A DNA stretch of 64,000 nucleotides from Ignavibacteriota bacterium (GTDB taxonomy: Bacteria > Bacteroidota > Ignavibacteria > UBA10030 > CAVZMI01), in the NCBI GenBank assembly GCA_963776275.1, contig CAVZMI010000032.1:32001-96000 (forward strand), read 5' to 3'. The notes beneath the pieces are model-generated. The model did no database searches. It saw only the letters and a list, made by a program, of their open reading frames with translations, and had not been told where the DNA came from. The position numbers and the translations under genes are program-made. Below are positions 9,390-20,779 of the stretch, in pieces (the stretch's first letter is position 1; the number at the start of each line of letters is the position of its first letter).

Positions 9390-11423
9390 ATGAAAAATTT
9401 TGTTAACAAGTATTTCCGGCTCTGTCCGAAAACAGGAAAATTTATGGGTATCGGACGGCTTTCCGGTTTATCGCGTTTATTATTTCCTCTTATAGGTCTA
9501 GCCGCTCTGGTGTGGATACTTATTCGTGTTATTCCAAAACCAAGCCGTTTGAGTTATCCTTGTGTCCGGACTGCTATGCCGTTCGCTTCGGGATTCATCG
9601 GCTACCTTGCGATGCTGGCGCTCTCGGCCACGGCATTTCTCAGATATAAAAAACCTCTCAGATATTATCCGGTATTTTTCATCCTTGCTTTTACTGTTTT
9701 CGGGATCACAGGTTCATATTTAATGAACAGCGATACGGAACAAAATCCAAGGTTTAAAACAATACAGCTCGAACCTAACAACCCGATTGGTGTAGCGAAA
9801 GGAATATTTCCCGGTCGTGTAGTATGGGTACATAATCCCGATGCGACAAATGAAGACTGTATTGTTGATGCACCTGGTCATGGCTGGTACATGAGTGAAA
9901 ATATGGATCAGTCCGTCGTGGATGGAATGGTTTCTTCCGCTTTGCAGAACCTGACCGGAGAGACAAGTGACAGCGCAGCGTGGAGGGCGATATTCCAGTA
10001 TCACAACACGACCCGGGGAAAAGGAGCTGTTAACTATATCCCTGGACAGAAGGTGTTTATTAAAATAAACGCAACGAGCAGCTATAGTTTTTATCCCGAT
10101 AGTTTAACACCTACTGCATATGTCTCCGAAACATCATCAGCGACTGTTCTTGCAGTTTTACGCCAGCTTGTCAATGTCGTTGGTGTTGCACAGAGCGATA
10201 TTTACATCGGCGATCCGATGAAGCATATCTATAAACACTTATACGATGTATGGCACGGAGAATTTCCGAATGTCCATTATCTCGATAATACTGGTTTCTA
10301 TACAAAACTGGGAAGAGAACAAGCAATTAAAAGTACAACTGCCGTCATACATTACTCAGATCATGGAACGATTTTACGTGCAAATGTCTGGGATCCCGGA
10401 AGAACTGGTGGAGCTCCCATCTATAATGATCACCTCTATACTATCCTTGATAGTGCTGAATATCTGATCAATATTCCAATGCTTAAGGGACACAAGCGTG
10501 CCGGAATGACGATGTTTGCAAAAAATCATTTTGGCTCACAGACACGGGGCGATGCATCTCATTTACATAACGGACTGCTTGCTCCAATGGAAATGGAGAA
10601 TAGTGCCACACGAATACGGCCCGGATACGAATTATACCGCATTCAAGTTGATATAATGTCGCATTCATTGGAAGGCAAAAAGAATCTTGTTTACTTAATG
10701 GATGCATTATGGGCTACCGATTATGAGCTCGATGTACCGATAAAATGGCAGATGGCTCCTTTCTATGATGATTATATGTCATCCGTATTTGCATCACTCG
10801 ACCCAGTTGCTATCGAATCGGTCGGTTATGATTTTCTACGTTCCGAGTTTACAGCAGAACGCAGTCCATTAGCAGGTACTTATGTGCAAATGGATGGAGT
10901 CGACGATTACCTTCATCAGGCGGCAGATTCGACAAATTGGCCAACGGGCACTAAATATGATCCGGATAGCACCGGCGTCCATATCTATAGTCTCGGCGTT
11001 CATGAACACTGGAATAATTCCGATGACAAGCAATATTCAAGGGACCTGGGAACAGGTTACGGTATCGAATTACTCCAAGTTGATACGACTACTTCTATCG
11101 CCATGGATAATCAAGGAAATCGTCCAAAAGGATATGAGCTCTATCAAAATTATCCTAATCCATTTAATCCCACTACGACGATAGCCTATTCATTACCCAA
11201 AAAATCATCGGTTGAAGTAACAATTTACGATCTGCAGGGACGTGCAATAAAGTCATTCAATTACAACTCACAATCGGCGGGGTATCAAAGAGTTGTATGG
11301 AATGGGACAAATAATTATAGCAAACATGTATCGAGCGGAATCTATATATACAGGGTACGAGCTTCATCGCTGGAAGATGGAAATATATTCGATAAGTCGG
11401 CAAAGATGATCCTGTTGAAATAA
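9390..11423 (+). CDS. DUF362-like protein with N-terminal TM helices and a T9SS C-terminal sorting domain
   Basis: PGRVVWVHNP, KVFIKIN, INIPMLKGH.RAG.T...KNHFG, DPVAIESV; C-terminal YQNYPNPFNP...KMILLK. Confidence 0.7.
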   Translation: MKNFVNKYFRLCPKTGKFMGIGRLSGLSRLLFPLIGLAALVWILIRVIPKPSRLSYPCVRTAMPFASGFIGYLAMLALSATAFLRYKKPLRYYPVFFILAFTVFGITGSYLMNSDTEQNPRFKTIQLEPNNPIGVAKGIFPGRVVWVHNPDATNEDCIVDAPGHGWYMSENMDQSVVDGMVSSALQNLTGETSDSAAWRAIFQYHNTTRGKGAVNYIPGQKVFIKINATSSYSFYPDSLTPTAYVSETSSATVLAVLRQLVNVVGVAQSDIYIGDPMKHIYKHLYDVWHGEFPNVHYLDNTGFYTKLGREQAIKSTTAVIHYSDHGTILRANVWDPGRTGGAPIYNDHLYTILDSAEYLINIPMLKGHKRAGMTMFAKNHFGSQTRGDASHLHNGLLAPMEMENSATRIRPGYELYRIQVDIMSHSLEGKKNLVYLMDALWATDYELDVPIKWQMAPFYDDYMSSVFASLDPVAIESVGYDFLRSEFTAERSPLAGTYVQMDGVDDYLHQAADSTNWPTGTKYDPDSTGVHIYSLGVHEHWNNSDDKQYSRDLGTGYGIELLQVDTTTSIAMDNQGNRPKGYELYQNYPNPFNPTTTIAYSLPKKSSVEVTIYDLQGRAIKSFNYNSQSAGYQRVVWNGTNNYSKHVSSGIYIYRVRASSLEDGNIFDKSAKMILLK

Positions 11424-11450
11424 TATTTCTCAAGTTAAGTCAGAATTCTT

Positions 11451-11496
11451 TGAAGCCGGAGGATATTCAATGATCCACAACCATCCTGCGGCTTCA
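11451..11496. terminator. Intergenic inverted repeat (possible terminator or stabilising hairpin)
   Basis: tgaagccggaggat ... atcctgcggcttca. Confidence 0.45.
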
Positions 11497-11556
11497 GAAT
11501 TTTGACCCGTTATCTTCCAATCTTAAAAATACAGTAATATTATCGGATGGGATCAT

Positions 11557-13185
11557 ATGCGAAAGACAATTATTCTTGCAGCTTGTTTCGTTTCTGCACT
11601 CCTTCACGCTCAAACACCGGACGTCACCATTGATACGGTTTCCAATTATAACTCGTGGGTATGGAAGGCAATCGTTATGCAGAACGGTCTCGTCACGCAC
11701 GCCACAATACCGGCTATCGGCGGCCGCGTGATGCAGTACGATTTAGGAAGCCATCCTTCAATCTTCGTCAATCCCTCATTGGACCTACTTGGAAAAACCT
11801 TCAAACCAGCTCTGAACGATAAATGGTACAATTTCGGAGGATACAAAACTTGGCCCGCACCTCAAAGTGTATGGAATTGGCCACCACCACCTACTCTTGA
11901 TTATGGTTCATATACTGCAAACAGCATGCTTCAATCGTATGATTCAGTCTCTTTAACTGTTACAAGTCCGATCGAATCGTGGCGTGCACCGAACATCCAA
12001 TTCCAACGCAGGGCAACGATATATCCCGGAACCAGCCGCGTGAAGATGGAGCAAACCATCATCAATCAAGGTGCACAACCAGTGAGCTGGAGCATGTGGA
12101 GCATCGTACAATCAATCGTCAACCATTCCGGTAAAAGCGATTACGAGAATTTCTGGGTGTACTTCCCGATTAATCCTAACAGTCGATACGGAGAAAGCGG
12201 AGTCTATTATTCAGCCGCCTCGAATTCATGGAAAGGAGAAGTTGCCCCGGGAATTTACGGTGTTCAATGTATGCCGGCCTACAGCAGCGATGTAAAAAAA
12301 ATATATTCTGATTCACACAAAGGATGGATCGCATATACCGATCGACTTGATTCCGTCGTCTATGCGAGGACGTTCGACATCTTCGAAGGGGCCGAATATC
12401 CGGACAATGGATCCCGCTCTTCGGTGTACGTAAGCCCTCGCTATACTCCCGTCTATATGGAAGTAGAAGTCACCGGTCCCATAGTCGAACTTGCAGGCGG
12501 TGGAGGAAGCTATACTTTCACAGAAAATTGGTGGGCTGCGAAGATGCGGGCACCGGTATTGGATGTAAATACCGTCGGGGCAATTGCCGGCAGATTGTCA
12601 TACGATTCGGCGACACAAACCCTTTCAGCTGTCTATGGCGTATTCCATAAAGGCACGGCAAAGGTGGTGTTCACAAGCACTGACCATCAGATTGTTGCCG
12701 AAGGAGAAGCACATGACGTCACGCCGCTCCAGGAATTTCAATTTCAGGAAACAATTGCAATTCCAGAGGGTGCGGCAACAGCCGAAATACGGGTTTACAA
12801 CTCAAATAAAGAATTGGTCGGCGTGCTGGATAGTGCAAGCGTTTCGCAGCCTGTAACCGTAATCGAGACAAAAGCACCTTCGTTAATTTCAGAGTATCGT
12901 CTTGAACCCAACTATCCCAATCCATTCAATCCCGGTACGACAATTACGTACACGCTGCCAAAAAAGTCATCGGTCGAAATCACAATCTACGATCTGCAGG
13001 GTCAAAAAATAAAATCATATACATATAATGCTCAGCCGGCAGGCTTTCAAAGAGTTATCTGGGATGGAACAACCGATCAAGGTAGTACGCTATCCAGCGG
13101 AGTATTTATATACAGGGTAAGAGCGATATCCATGGAAGATGGAAAAATTTTTGATAAGTCGGCAAAGATGATTCTACTTAAGTAA
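11557..13185 (+). CDS. Secreted DUF4380-like (aldose epimerase-like fold) protein with a T9SS domain
   Basis: Signal peptide, P.IGGRVMQY, NFGGYKTWPAPQ..W.WPPP, YMEVEV.GP; YPNPFNP CTD. Confidence 0.65.
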   Translation: MRKTIILAACFVSALLHAQTPDVTIDTVSNYNSWVWKAIVMQNGLVTHATIPAIGGRVMQYDLGSHPSIFVNPSLDLLGKTFKPALNDKWYNFGGYKTWPAPQSVWNWPPPPTLDYGSYTANSMLQSYDSVSLTVTSPIESWRAPNIQFQRRATIYPGTSRVKMEQTIINQGAQPVSWSMWSIVQSIVNHSGKSDYENFWVYFPINPNSRYGESGVYYSAASNSWKGEVAPGIYGVQCMPAYSSDVKKIYSDSHKGWIAYTDRLDSVVYARTFDIFEGAEYPDNGSRSSVYVSPRYTPVYMEVEVTGPIVELAGGGGSYTFTENWWAAKMRAPVLDVNTVGAIAGRLSYDSATQTLSAVYGVFHKGTAKVVFTSTDHQIVAEGEAHDVTPLQEFQFQETIAIPEGAATAEIRVYNSNKELVGVLDSASVSQPVTVIETKAPSLISEYRLEPNYPNPFNPGTTITYTLPKKSSVEITIYDLQGQKIKSYTYNAQPAGFQRVIWDGTTDQGSTLSSGVFIYRVRAISMEDGKIFDKSAKMILLK

Positions 13186-13233
13186 TTCTCCGGATACCCA
13201 AAAAACACTTTTAAAAATCCAGAGAGAATAATA

Positions 13234-14324
13234 ATGAAAACGATAATTAATATCTTCACAATGAGCCTGGCACTGTTGTTCTTTGTTCAGCAGACATTCG
13301 CACAGGATACCAAAGAAACAAAATTAAAAGAAATACGACACTGGTGGAATGAAGCTCAATTTGGAAAACGTTTTCAATATCCGGACGCCAGAAAGCTTCC
13401 ACTGATATCGGTAAAAGGAAACAGATTCGTCAATTCTCGGGGCGATACCGTCCTTTTCAGGGGAATTTCAATTTCAGATCCCGACAAGCTCGAGACGCAG
13501 GGTCATTGGAATAAAAATCATTTCATGAAAATAAAAGAAATGGGTGCGCGAATTGTCCGTATCCCCGTTCATCCGGTCGCATGGCGGGAAAGTGCCCAGA
13601 AAAATATCTCGCCCTGCTCGATCAGGCGTTGGAGTGGTGCACGGAACTGGATATGTACATCATTATCGATTGGCACACGATCGGGAATTTAAAAACGGAA
13701 CTATTTCAAAATCCGATGTACAACACAACGATGAAAGAAACGTTTGAATTCTGGCGTGCCGTCGCCGCCCGCTACGCTGGAATCAATACGATTCCCTTTT
13801 ATGAAATTTTCAACGAACCGACCTCAATTCAGAATCGACTCGGACGCATAAGCTGGGATGAATGGAAAAAGATTAATGAAGATATTATTGCCCTGATCAG
13901 ATCGTACAATAAAGAGAGCATACCATTGGTTGCACCCTTCGACTGGGCGTACGATCTCACTCCGCTGCACATTAATCCAATCGAAGCGGAAGGAATTGGA
14001 TACGTAACGCATCCTTATCCGGATAAAAGGTCGAAACCGTGGGAACCAAAGTGGGAGGAGGATTTCGGATTCGCTGCCAATCAATATCCGGTTATTGCCA
14101 CTGAATTTGGATTCATGGGGAGTCATGGAGTTGTAAATGAATACAGTGATTATGGAGATAGGATCATCAAGTATCTCGAAGAAAAGGGTATAAGCTGGGT
14201 CGCATGGATATTCGATCCGGAATGGGGCCCATCGTTGATTTCATCATGGGATACCTACAAACTGACTGAAAGCGGTGAATTTTTTAAAAAGGCAATGCAG
14301 GATACTACACACACAATTCATTAA
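13234..14324 (+). CDS. GH5 family glycoside hydrolase, frameshift near 13590-13595
   Basis: VKGNRFV...RIPVHP in ORF 13234; IIDWH, YEIFNEP and ATEFG in ORF 13581. Confidence 0.85.
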
Positions 14325-14338
14325 AATCTCCGGAGTAC

Positions 14339-15550
14339 ATGATGAAAATATTTTGTTTACTTCTCATAGTATTTCTCCCGTTCATCGCTGCAGCACAATC
14401 ACCGATTCCACCCGGTGCGAAATTAGATACTGTGGTCTCTGGACTGTCTCAACTCGAAGGACCTGTCTGGAAAGACGGACTCGGATTGCTTTTCAGCGAT
14501 ATCGCCCGGAGCAGGATATACCTGTGGTCGCCTTCCGATAGTTCGACCACAATCTACCTCTACCCTTCAGACAGTTCCAACGGTTTGACCCTGGATGCTC
14601 AGGGACTACTTATCCTCACCCAAATGCAAAAGCGCCGGGTATCACGTCAGGAATCGAACGGAACTATCACTCCCCTCGCTTCAACATTTCGTGGGAAAAA
14701 ATTTAACAGTCCGAACGACCTTGTGGTAAAATCCGATGGATCGATTTTTTTTACAGATCCCGATTTCAATATTCCGGCAGGTCAGACAAAGGAACTTAGT
14801 TTCAAGGGAGTATATAGAATAAGTCCTTCAGGTACTATTGCGCTTCTCGACAGTGTGTTTGATAAACCGAACGGTCTCTGCTTCTCGCCGGACGAGACAC
14901 AACTCTACGTCAATGAATCGCCCCAAGGGAAAATTTATGCCTGGGATGTTGTCAATGACTCAACCATTACAAACAAAAGGTTATTGTATACGATTCCGTT
15001 GGGCGGGTATTCTGACGGAATGAAAGTTGATCCTGAAGGGAATATTTACTGCACAGGACCGACCGGAGTGTGGATCATTTCACCGGACGGAGAATATCTC
15101 GATAAAATCGCCACACCGCCAAATCATAATCCATCAAACTGCGCATGGGGCGATGCTGACAGAAAAACACTCTATATCACGACAGGTAATGCCACTCCGG
15201 GTACTGGATTCATCTATCGAATCAGGCTCGCATCGGGTACAGGAATCGAAAATCATAGTTCTGTCATTCCCGACAAATTCGAGTTATATGCGAATTATCC
15301 CAATCCATTCAACCCGAACACACAGATAGAATACGGTTTGCAGAAAGCGGCCCATGTCAATCTGACTATCTACAATATTAAAGGGCAGAAAGTGGAAACA
15401 CTCGTCGATGGAGACCGTAACGCCGGAATCCACAAGCTCACCTGGAACGGCTCAAGCGTTCAAGGAAAAGAAATTGCCGGCGGTATATATCTGCTTCGGT
15501 TGCAGGCAGGCGAATCCCAGAAGATCCAAAAGTTGGTACTTTTAAAATGA
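14339..15550 (+). CDS. SMP-30/gluconolactonase family protein with a T9SS domain
   Basis: EGPVW, NSPNDLVV..DG.IFFTDP, PNGLCFSPDE, DGMKVD; CTD. Confidence 0.9.
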   Translation: MMKIFCLLLIVFLPFIAAAQSPIPPGAKLDTVVSGLSQLEGPVWKDGLGLLFSDIARSRIYLWSPSDSSTTIYLYPSDSSNGLTLDAQGLLILTQMQKRRVSRQESNGTITPLASTFRGKKFNSPNDLVVKSDGSIFFTDPDFNIPAGQTKELSFKGVYRISPSGTIALLDSVFDKPNGLCFSPDETQLYVNESPQGKIYAWDVVNDSTITNKRLLYTIPLGGYSDGMKVDPEGNIYCTGPTGVWIISPDGEYLDKIATPPNHNPSNCAWGDADRKTLYITTGNATPGTGFIYRIRLASGTGIENHSSVIPDKFELYANYPNPFNPNTQIEYGLQKAAHVNLTIYNIKGQKVETLVDGDRNAGIHKLTWNGSSVQGKEIAGGIYLLRLQAGESQKIQKLVLLK

Positions 15551-15629
15551 AAAATTTTAAAATGCAATAAATATAAGGTATACTCCCGTATAGAGAAATG
15601 ACAGATAGAACAATTATCCGAGAAAACCT

Positions 15630-17600
15630 ATGAAAAATATTTTTAGTAAATATTTTCGGTTCTGTCCTAGGACCGGAAGGCCGATAGACTCCAGACCGCT
15701 TACTGGTTCATCACGTTTATTATTTCCACTCATAGGGCTAGCCGCCCTGTTGTGGATAATTATTCGTTTGGTTCCGAAACCAAGTCGTGCCGCATATCCA
15801 TGCATGCGAGCCGCAACACCGGTTGCATCATCATTTATCATCTATCTATTGGGCCTTATTTCATCGTTGGTTTTCTTTAAGAAGGCCAGGATATATCTCT
15901 ATCAATCAAGAGTTATTCTATTTTCATTATCGTTATTGCTGGCGTTGATTTTTGGTATTTTTTCCTACGTAAACACAAATCAAAAAGTATATGCGGATTC
16001 CCAGTCGGTTCTGGAAGGCCCTAACCAATCGATAGGAATCGGGAAAGGAGTCTATCCCGGACGTGTTGTCTGGGTCCATAATCCCAATGCACTTAATCAG
16101 AGTTGTACAAATACTTACGGAGATTATTGGTCGCAGGATAATAACACCCATCAAACCGTGGTAAACAATATGGTATCCGAAGCGATACAAATGTTGACCG
16201 GCAAAGGATCAGATGTAGAGGCCTGGGATGCCATCTTCCGATATTATAATCAAACTCATGCGAGAGGAGATATTGGTTATACAGCCGGAGAAAAAATTGT
16301 CATCAAGATTAATCTCAACACCGGAGTTTCAGGGAGTAATAACGTTCGAGTGAACTTTCAAACGGTTGATACATCGCCACAGATCCTCTATGCCGTTCTG
16401 GATCAACTCATCAACCGCGCTGGGGTGGCACAAGCAGACATCAGTGCAGGTGATCCGGGTCGAAATATCGACAACCTGTACTGGGACAAATGCCATCCGA
16501 TATTTCCGAATGTAAAATATTTCGGTAACGGCACCGGCCGGACTCCAATAGTACGATCAACACTACCCGAATTGATGACCAGTGACGGCCAGATGCAAAA
16601 TTATTTACCGGCCGCTTACGTGGATGCAGCCTATTTGATCAATATTCCGGTGTTCAAGCAGCATCATCGCGCCGGCATATCACTATCGAGCAAAAATCAT
16701 TTTGGAACATTGCTCCCCTACCTGAGTGGCGGCAGCGCTTTCCCTGCCCATTACAGTCTTCCATGTACACAGGGAAATGGCAATGTTGATAACGGCGGGT
16801 ATGGTAAGTATCGTATTTTTGTCGATTTTATTGGGCATAAAGATCTCGGAGGAAAAACAATTCTCTACCTCTTTGATGCATTATGGAGTTCGACGAACTA
16901 CGGTGATCCGCCTTGGAGGTGGAGAACGTCTCCCTTTAATACAAATTACCCTGCATCGGTATTTGCTTCACAAGACCCTGTGGCAATAGAATCAGTTGGT
17001 TTCGATTTTCTCCATAATGAGTTTTATGCAGGCAACCCAAGTGGGAATGCCTTTCCACAATATTCGGGTGTCGATGATTTCTTGCATCAGGCAGCCGATT
17101 CGCTGAATTGGCCGGCCACGATCAAATACGATCCGGAAGGTGACGGTACTTACCTGCCCCGAAGTATGGGTGTCCATGAACACTGGAATAATGCCGCCGA
17201 TAAAAAATATACAAGGAATCTTGGAACAGGCGAAGGTATCGACTTGATAGAAGTAGAACATCCTTCCGATATCAATACAGGTGATAACGCCAATCATCTG
17301 AATGAATATTTTCAACTCTACACAAATTATCCCAACCCATTCAATCCCGGCACAACGATAGTTTATACGTTACCCAAACAATCATCCGTTGAAGTGACGA
17401 TTTACGATTTGGAGGGACATGCAGCAAGAACATATACATTTAACGCACAATCGGCTGGTTATCAAAAAGTCGTGTGGGATGGAATAAATGATCTTGGTAG
17501 ACCGGCATCCAGCGGAGTATATATGTACAGAGTGAGAGCCACCTCGCTGGAGGATGGAAAAATATTTGATAAATCGAAGAAAATGGTCTTGCTTAAATAG
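15630..17600 (+). CDS. DUF362-like protein with a T9SS domain, paralog of 9390..11423
   Basis: Same motifs (RLVPKPSRAAYPC, PGRVVWVHNP, KNHFG, GVHEHWNN); CTD. Confidence 0.7.
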   Translation: MKNIFSKYFRFCPRTGRPIDSRPLTGSSRLLFPLIGLAALLWIIIRLVPKPSRAAYPCMRAATPVASSFIIYLLGLISSLVFFKKARIYLYQSRVILFSLSLLLALIFGIFSYVNTNQKVYADSQSVLEGPNQSIGIGKGVYPGRVVWVHNPNALNQSCTNTYGDYWSQDNNTHQTVVNNMVSEAIQMLTGKGSDVEAWDAIFRYYNQTHARGDIGYTAGEKIVIKINLNTGVSGSNNVRVNFQTVDTSPQILYAVLDQLINRAGVAQADISAGDPGRNIDNLYWDKCHPIFPNVKYFGNGTGRTPIVRSTLPELMTSDGQMQNYLPAAYVDAAYLINIPVFKQHHRAGISLSSKNHFGTLLPYLSGGSAFPAHYSLPCTQGNGNVDNGGYGKYRIFVDFIGHKDLGGKTILYLFDALWSSTNYGDPPWRWRTSPFNTNYPASVFASQDPVAIESVGFDFLHNEFYAGNPSGNAFPQYSGVDDFLHQAADSLNWPATIKYDPEGDGTYLPRSMGVHEHWNNAADKKYTRNLGTGEGIDLIEVEHPSDINTGDNANHLNEYFQLYTNYPNPFNPGTTIVYTLPKQSSVEVTIYDLEGHAARTYTFNAQSAGYQKVVWDGINDLGRPASSGVYMYRVRATSLEDGKIFDKSKKMVLLK

Positions 17601-17619
17601 GATGATGTGATTTTCATAG

Positions 17620-17646
17620 CCGGACGGGTGAAGTTGTACCGTCCGG
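17620..17646. terminator. Hairpin between convergent genes
   Basis: ccggacgg ... ccgtccgg. Confidence 0.5.
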
Positions 17647-17673
17647 GTAATGGCGAATCGTTCCGGCCAAAAC

Positions 17674-18729
17674 TTATTTTAAAATCGGATAATGAATTTT
17701 TGGTTCTTTTACAGTGACCCATGGTAATTTATCTAATGTAAGGACTTCCTCACACTCGTAAATCGCCCGAAATGCCTGGAACCCTTGAAAGCCGCCTGCA
17801 TCACCCCAGGCCATAAACCATGTCCACCGCGGCTGTGCACGGAGGTTTTCGGGAGTTGGCACCGCACCAACTTCACCCAATGCAATCGGTTTGTCACCTG
17901 CCAGAGCTAAAAGCTGATCATAATCGTTTTGAGCATACCCGTTTCGATAGACATCCATCGCAAAAATATCAACTACATCCTGTCCCGGGAAATATTTGGC
18001 GAACGGATCGAGATTTTCACGCAGCTCATTAGCATTGAACACCCAGATTAAATTGTTCAAGCCGTGAAAATTCACAAGCCGATCAAAAAGCATGCGATAT
18101 AATGTTTTATAGCCGCTTTCCCCTTCTTTCTTCCCCCACCAGAACCAATCGCCGTTCATTTCATGGTAAGGACGCCAGAGCACCGGTACGCCGGCATTCC
18201 TTAATTGTTTCAGAAACCATGCAATCACATCAACCTGAGATTTCCAGCGCTCGTTGATCTCGGTTCCGGGTGTGATCAGATCCTGCCATTCCCGTTCTGT
18301 GAGTTTTCCCATAATAGATTGCTGGAAATCTACAGGCTCTTCTTCGATCGGACGTACCGCATGCCACATGAGTGTAATAATGAATCCTTCACTGTTTCTC
18401 CTGATCGCTTCGTCCACAATCTGTTGACGGTAGTTGATGCCATCCCATGTTCCCGGTTCGCTGAATCCGAAATCCTGTCCGAAGACGGCAGGGTAGCGCT
18501 TAGTCATTTTCTGAACACCGGCGAGCCGTATAGAACCGTACAGCGGGTTACAGTGCTGACCCGTAAGCGTATGATTTCCGGAAATGCTGTATATATATTG
18601 CAGCAGTCTTACAGCTTCAGGTGATGGATTTGGCGTCACCGGCCTGACGGAATTATCACCGCTGAAGAGAGAGAATGTATTAAAAAATAATGCTAGATAA
18701 ATTCCAGAGATTATTTTTATGGTACTCAA
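17674..18729 (-). CDS. GH26 beta-mannanase
   Basis: VPVLWRPYHEMNGDWFWWG, KPIALGEVG; TTG start after GAGGAGG. Confidence 0.9.
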   Translation of the reverse strand: MSTIKIISGIYLALFFNTFSLFSGDNSVRPVTPNPSPEAVRLLQYIYSISGNHTLTGQHCNPLYGSIRLAGVQKMTKRYPAVFGQDFGFSEPGTWDGINYRQQIVDEAIRRNSEGFIITLMWHAVRPIEEEPVDFQQSIMGKLTEREWQDLITPGTEINERWKSQVDVIAWFLKQLRNAGVPVLWRPYHEMNGDWFWWGKKEGESGYKTLYRMLFDRLVNFHGLNNLIWVFNANELRENLDPFAKYFPGQDVVDIFAMDVYRNGYAQNDYDQLLALAGDKPIALGEVGAVPTPENLRAQPRWTWFMAWGDAGGFQGFQAFRAIYECEEVLTLDKLPWVTVKEPKIHYPILK

Positions 18730-18781
18730 GGATAAACCTCCTCTTATGAATAAATAACAGAATATTTTCGATCACAGATCT

Positions 18782-20210
18782 TTATTTTAACAACATTGCC
18801 TTCATCGTTCGAGTTGAATATATACCGCTCCGATCCCGCGAGGTTAATCGAAAAAGATACATACCGCTGGAAAACTTAGAAGCATCCCAGATAATCTGGT
18901 GAGGTTCGTCTTCCCTCTACATCGTTGATCAGTGTGGCGATTTCCCGACCCAGAGCATCGTACACTTTCAACGATACATTAAATCTTGATCCCGCGCCCG
19001 CTATCTGATATCTGATCACAGTTGTCGGATTAAACGGGTTCGGAAAATTCTGGTACAGAGCGAACATATCCGGCAGAGCACCATCGTCATTCGTAAAAAT
19101 TCCTCTTCCGTGTATGGCATTCTGAGAAGTTCCCCAATCGATTGTGTTTATGACAGCAATAAGCGTATCGGCGATTTTGTGATGAGTACTGACATTGGGG
19201 TGTCCTTTATTCACATAGCCATCGTTATAATAGGGGAACCATGCATAAAAGACATCACTATTGCCCACCTCATTTTCCTGATCGACAATTTCCGATATGG
19301 TTGACTTAAGCCATTCCGGATGAGCCGAGACGGCCAGAATTTTCGTACCGGGATATAGGGACCTGATCGTATCGATAAATTCATGATATCGCGTTTGAAA
19401 GAAAGTTTTATTTTGGTTCGGTATGGTTAAACTATCATATCCGTGCCAGCTGTTGAAATCATTCAGTCCGAGACAGATGACAACCAAGTCGGGAATCCAT
19501 TGTCCGAAATTCCATTTCGGCAGACTGATATACTCGAGCGCACGGTCGAAAATAGCGGGCAAATTGTTGCTCGTGTTCCCCTGCCAATCCTGTATAAGAC
19601 CGAAACCTGATGCACTTGTCAAATGAAATTGTGCATCATAATATCTAGCAATGATCGCTCCAAAGCCTTCATCAATGTTGGTATACGAATCGTCTGGAGG
19701 GGCTGAGTCGTTCGAAGTCCATTCATTCCCGGAGGCGCAGGTGAATGAATCGCCGATAAACTCGATTTTCTTTGCTGGTTTTTGTTTCGGCGTCAGGAGA
19801 TTTTTTCCATCGTCAAGGACGAATCCATTGAATGTAAATTTTCCCCAGTTAGTCTCATTCCTTTTCGTCACGCGGATCGTATGATGGCCGTCCGAAAGAC
19901 CCGATCGCAACGTGTAAGAAGCGGTTGTAAATATTGTGGGATGGAATACAAATTTGATTGTATCGTCAATAGTAACATTGTAGTAACAAAAATTGTCGGT
20001 CATCCTGATTCCGATGCTTGTTCCTTCGAACTCGGCATATACAGAGACGCCGGGCCATGAATGTGTCGGAGCTGTTGGAACGCTGAAATCCCATCTTCCA
20101 AAATATTGTATGTTCGGATCACTCGCGGGAACGATGTTTGTGGAGTACGATAGATTGCAGAAAACTATGAGCAACACTGCAGCGGACATAAAGATGTATA
20201 AGCTCCTCAT
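18782..20210 (-). CDS. SGNH/GDSL carbohydrate esterase (CE2-like) with a T9SS domain; frameshift in the CTD near 18915
   Basis: IEFIGDSFT, LGLND, GHP; the CTD continues in another frame as IIWDASKFSSGMYLFRL...KAMLLK*; GGAGG before ATG 20210. Confidence 0.8.
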
Positions 20211-20779
20211 ATATCCTCCCTTCTGATGAAATCCATTCATTTTTAACCGACTTTGATGATCGGCTTCTTGACGTAAATGTTTCAAAATAACTCTTTTATT
20301 CCTTCGTTTCAATCTATCGACTCTAATCAATTAATAAATTCTAAACACATGACACAGATTGAAGTTTTTACTACAACGACCAGACAATTCTACAATATAT
20401 TCTTCCATGGATAATAAGTAGACCATAACTTTATATATTTATTCGGAGAAACCGTATTATAATACGAATATAGCTGGCACATTTTTTGCAATACTTTTAT
20501 AAAGAATGGAATGATTTTTCAGGAATGGGAAGAGTACTTCATATCGAAAAGACCGAGTGTTGTAAGTTTTTCCAGCTATCATTAAGAATCGTGCAGTAAT
20601 TAAATTCTCTGCGACTCTTGCACGAAATGGTGTAATGTGACGTTCTCAGTAGAATATTAGCGAATGTAAAACTGCGGCAGTCGTTGCAATTATCACATTT
20701 CATGGCAATATAATTTTTGAAGCGATTTTCATATCTTACGTAATATGAGAAAATATTCTTAAATTACAGACGTTGACTA

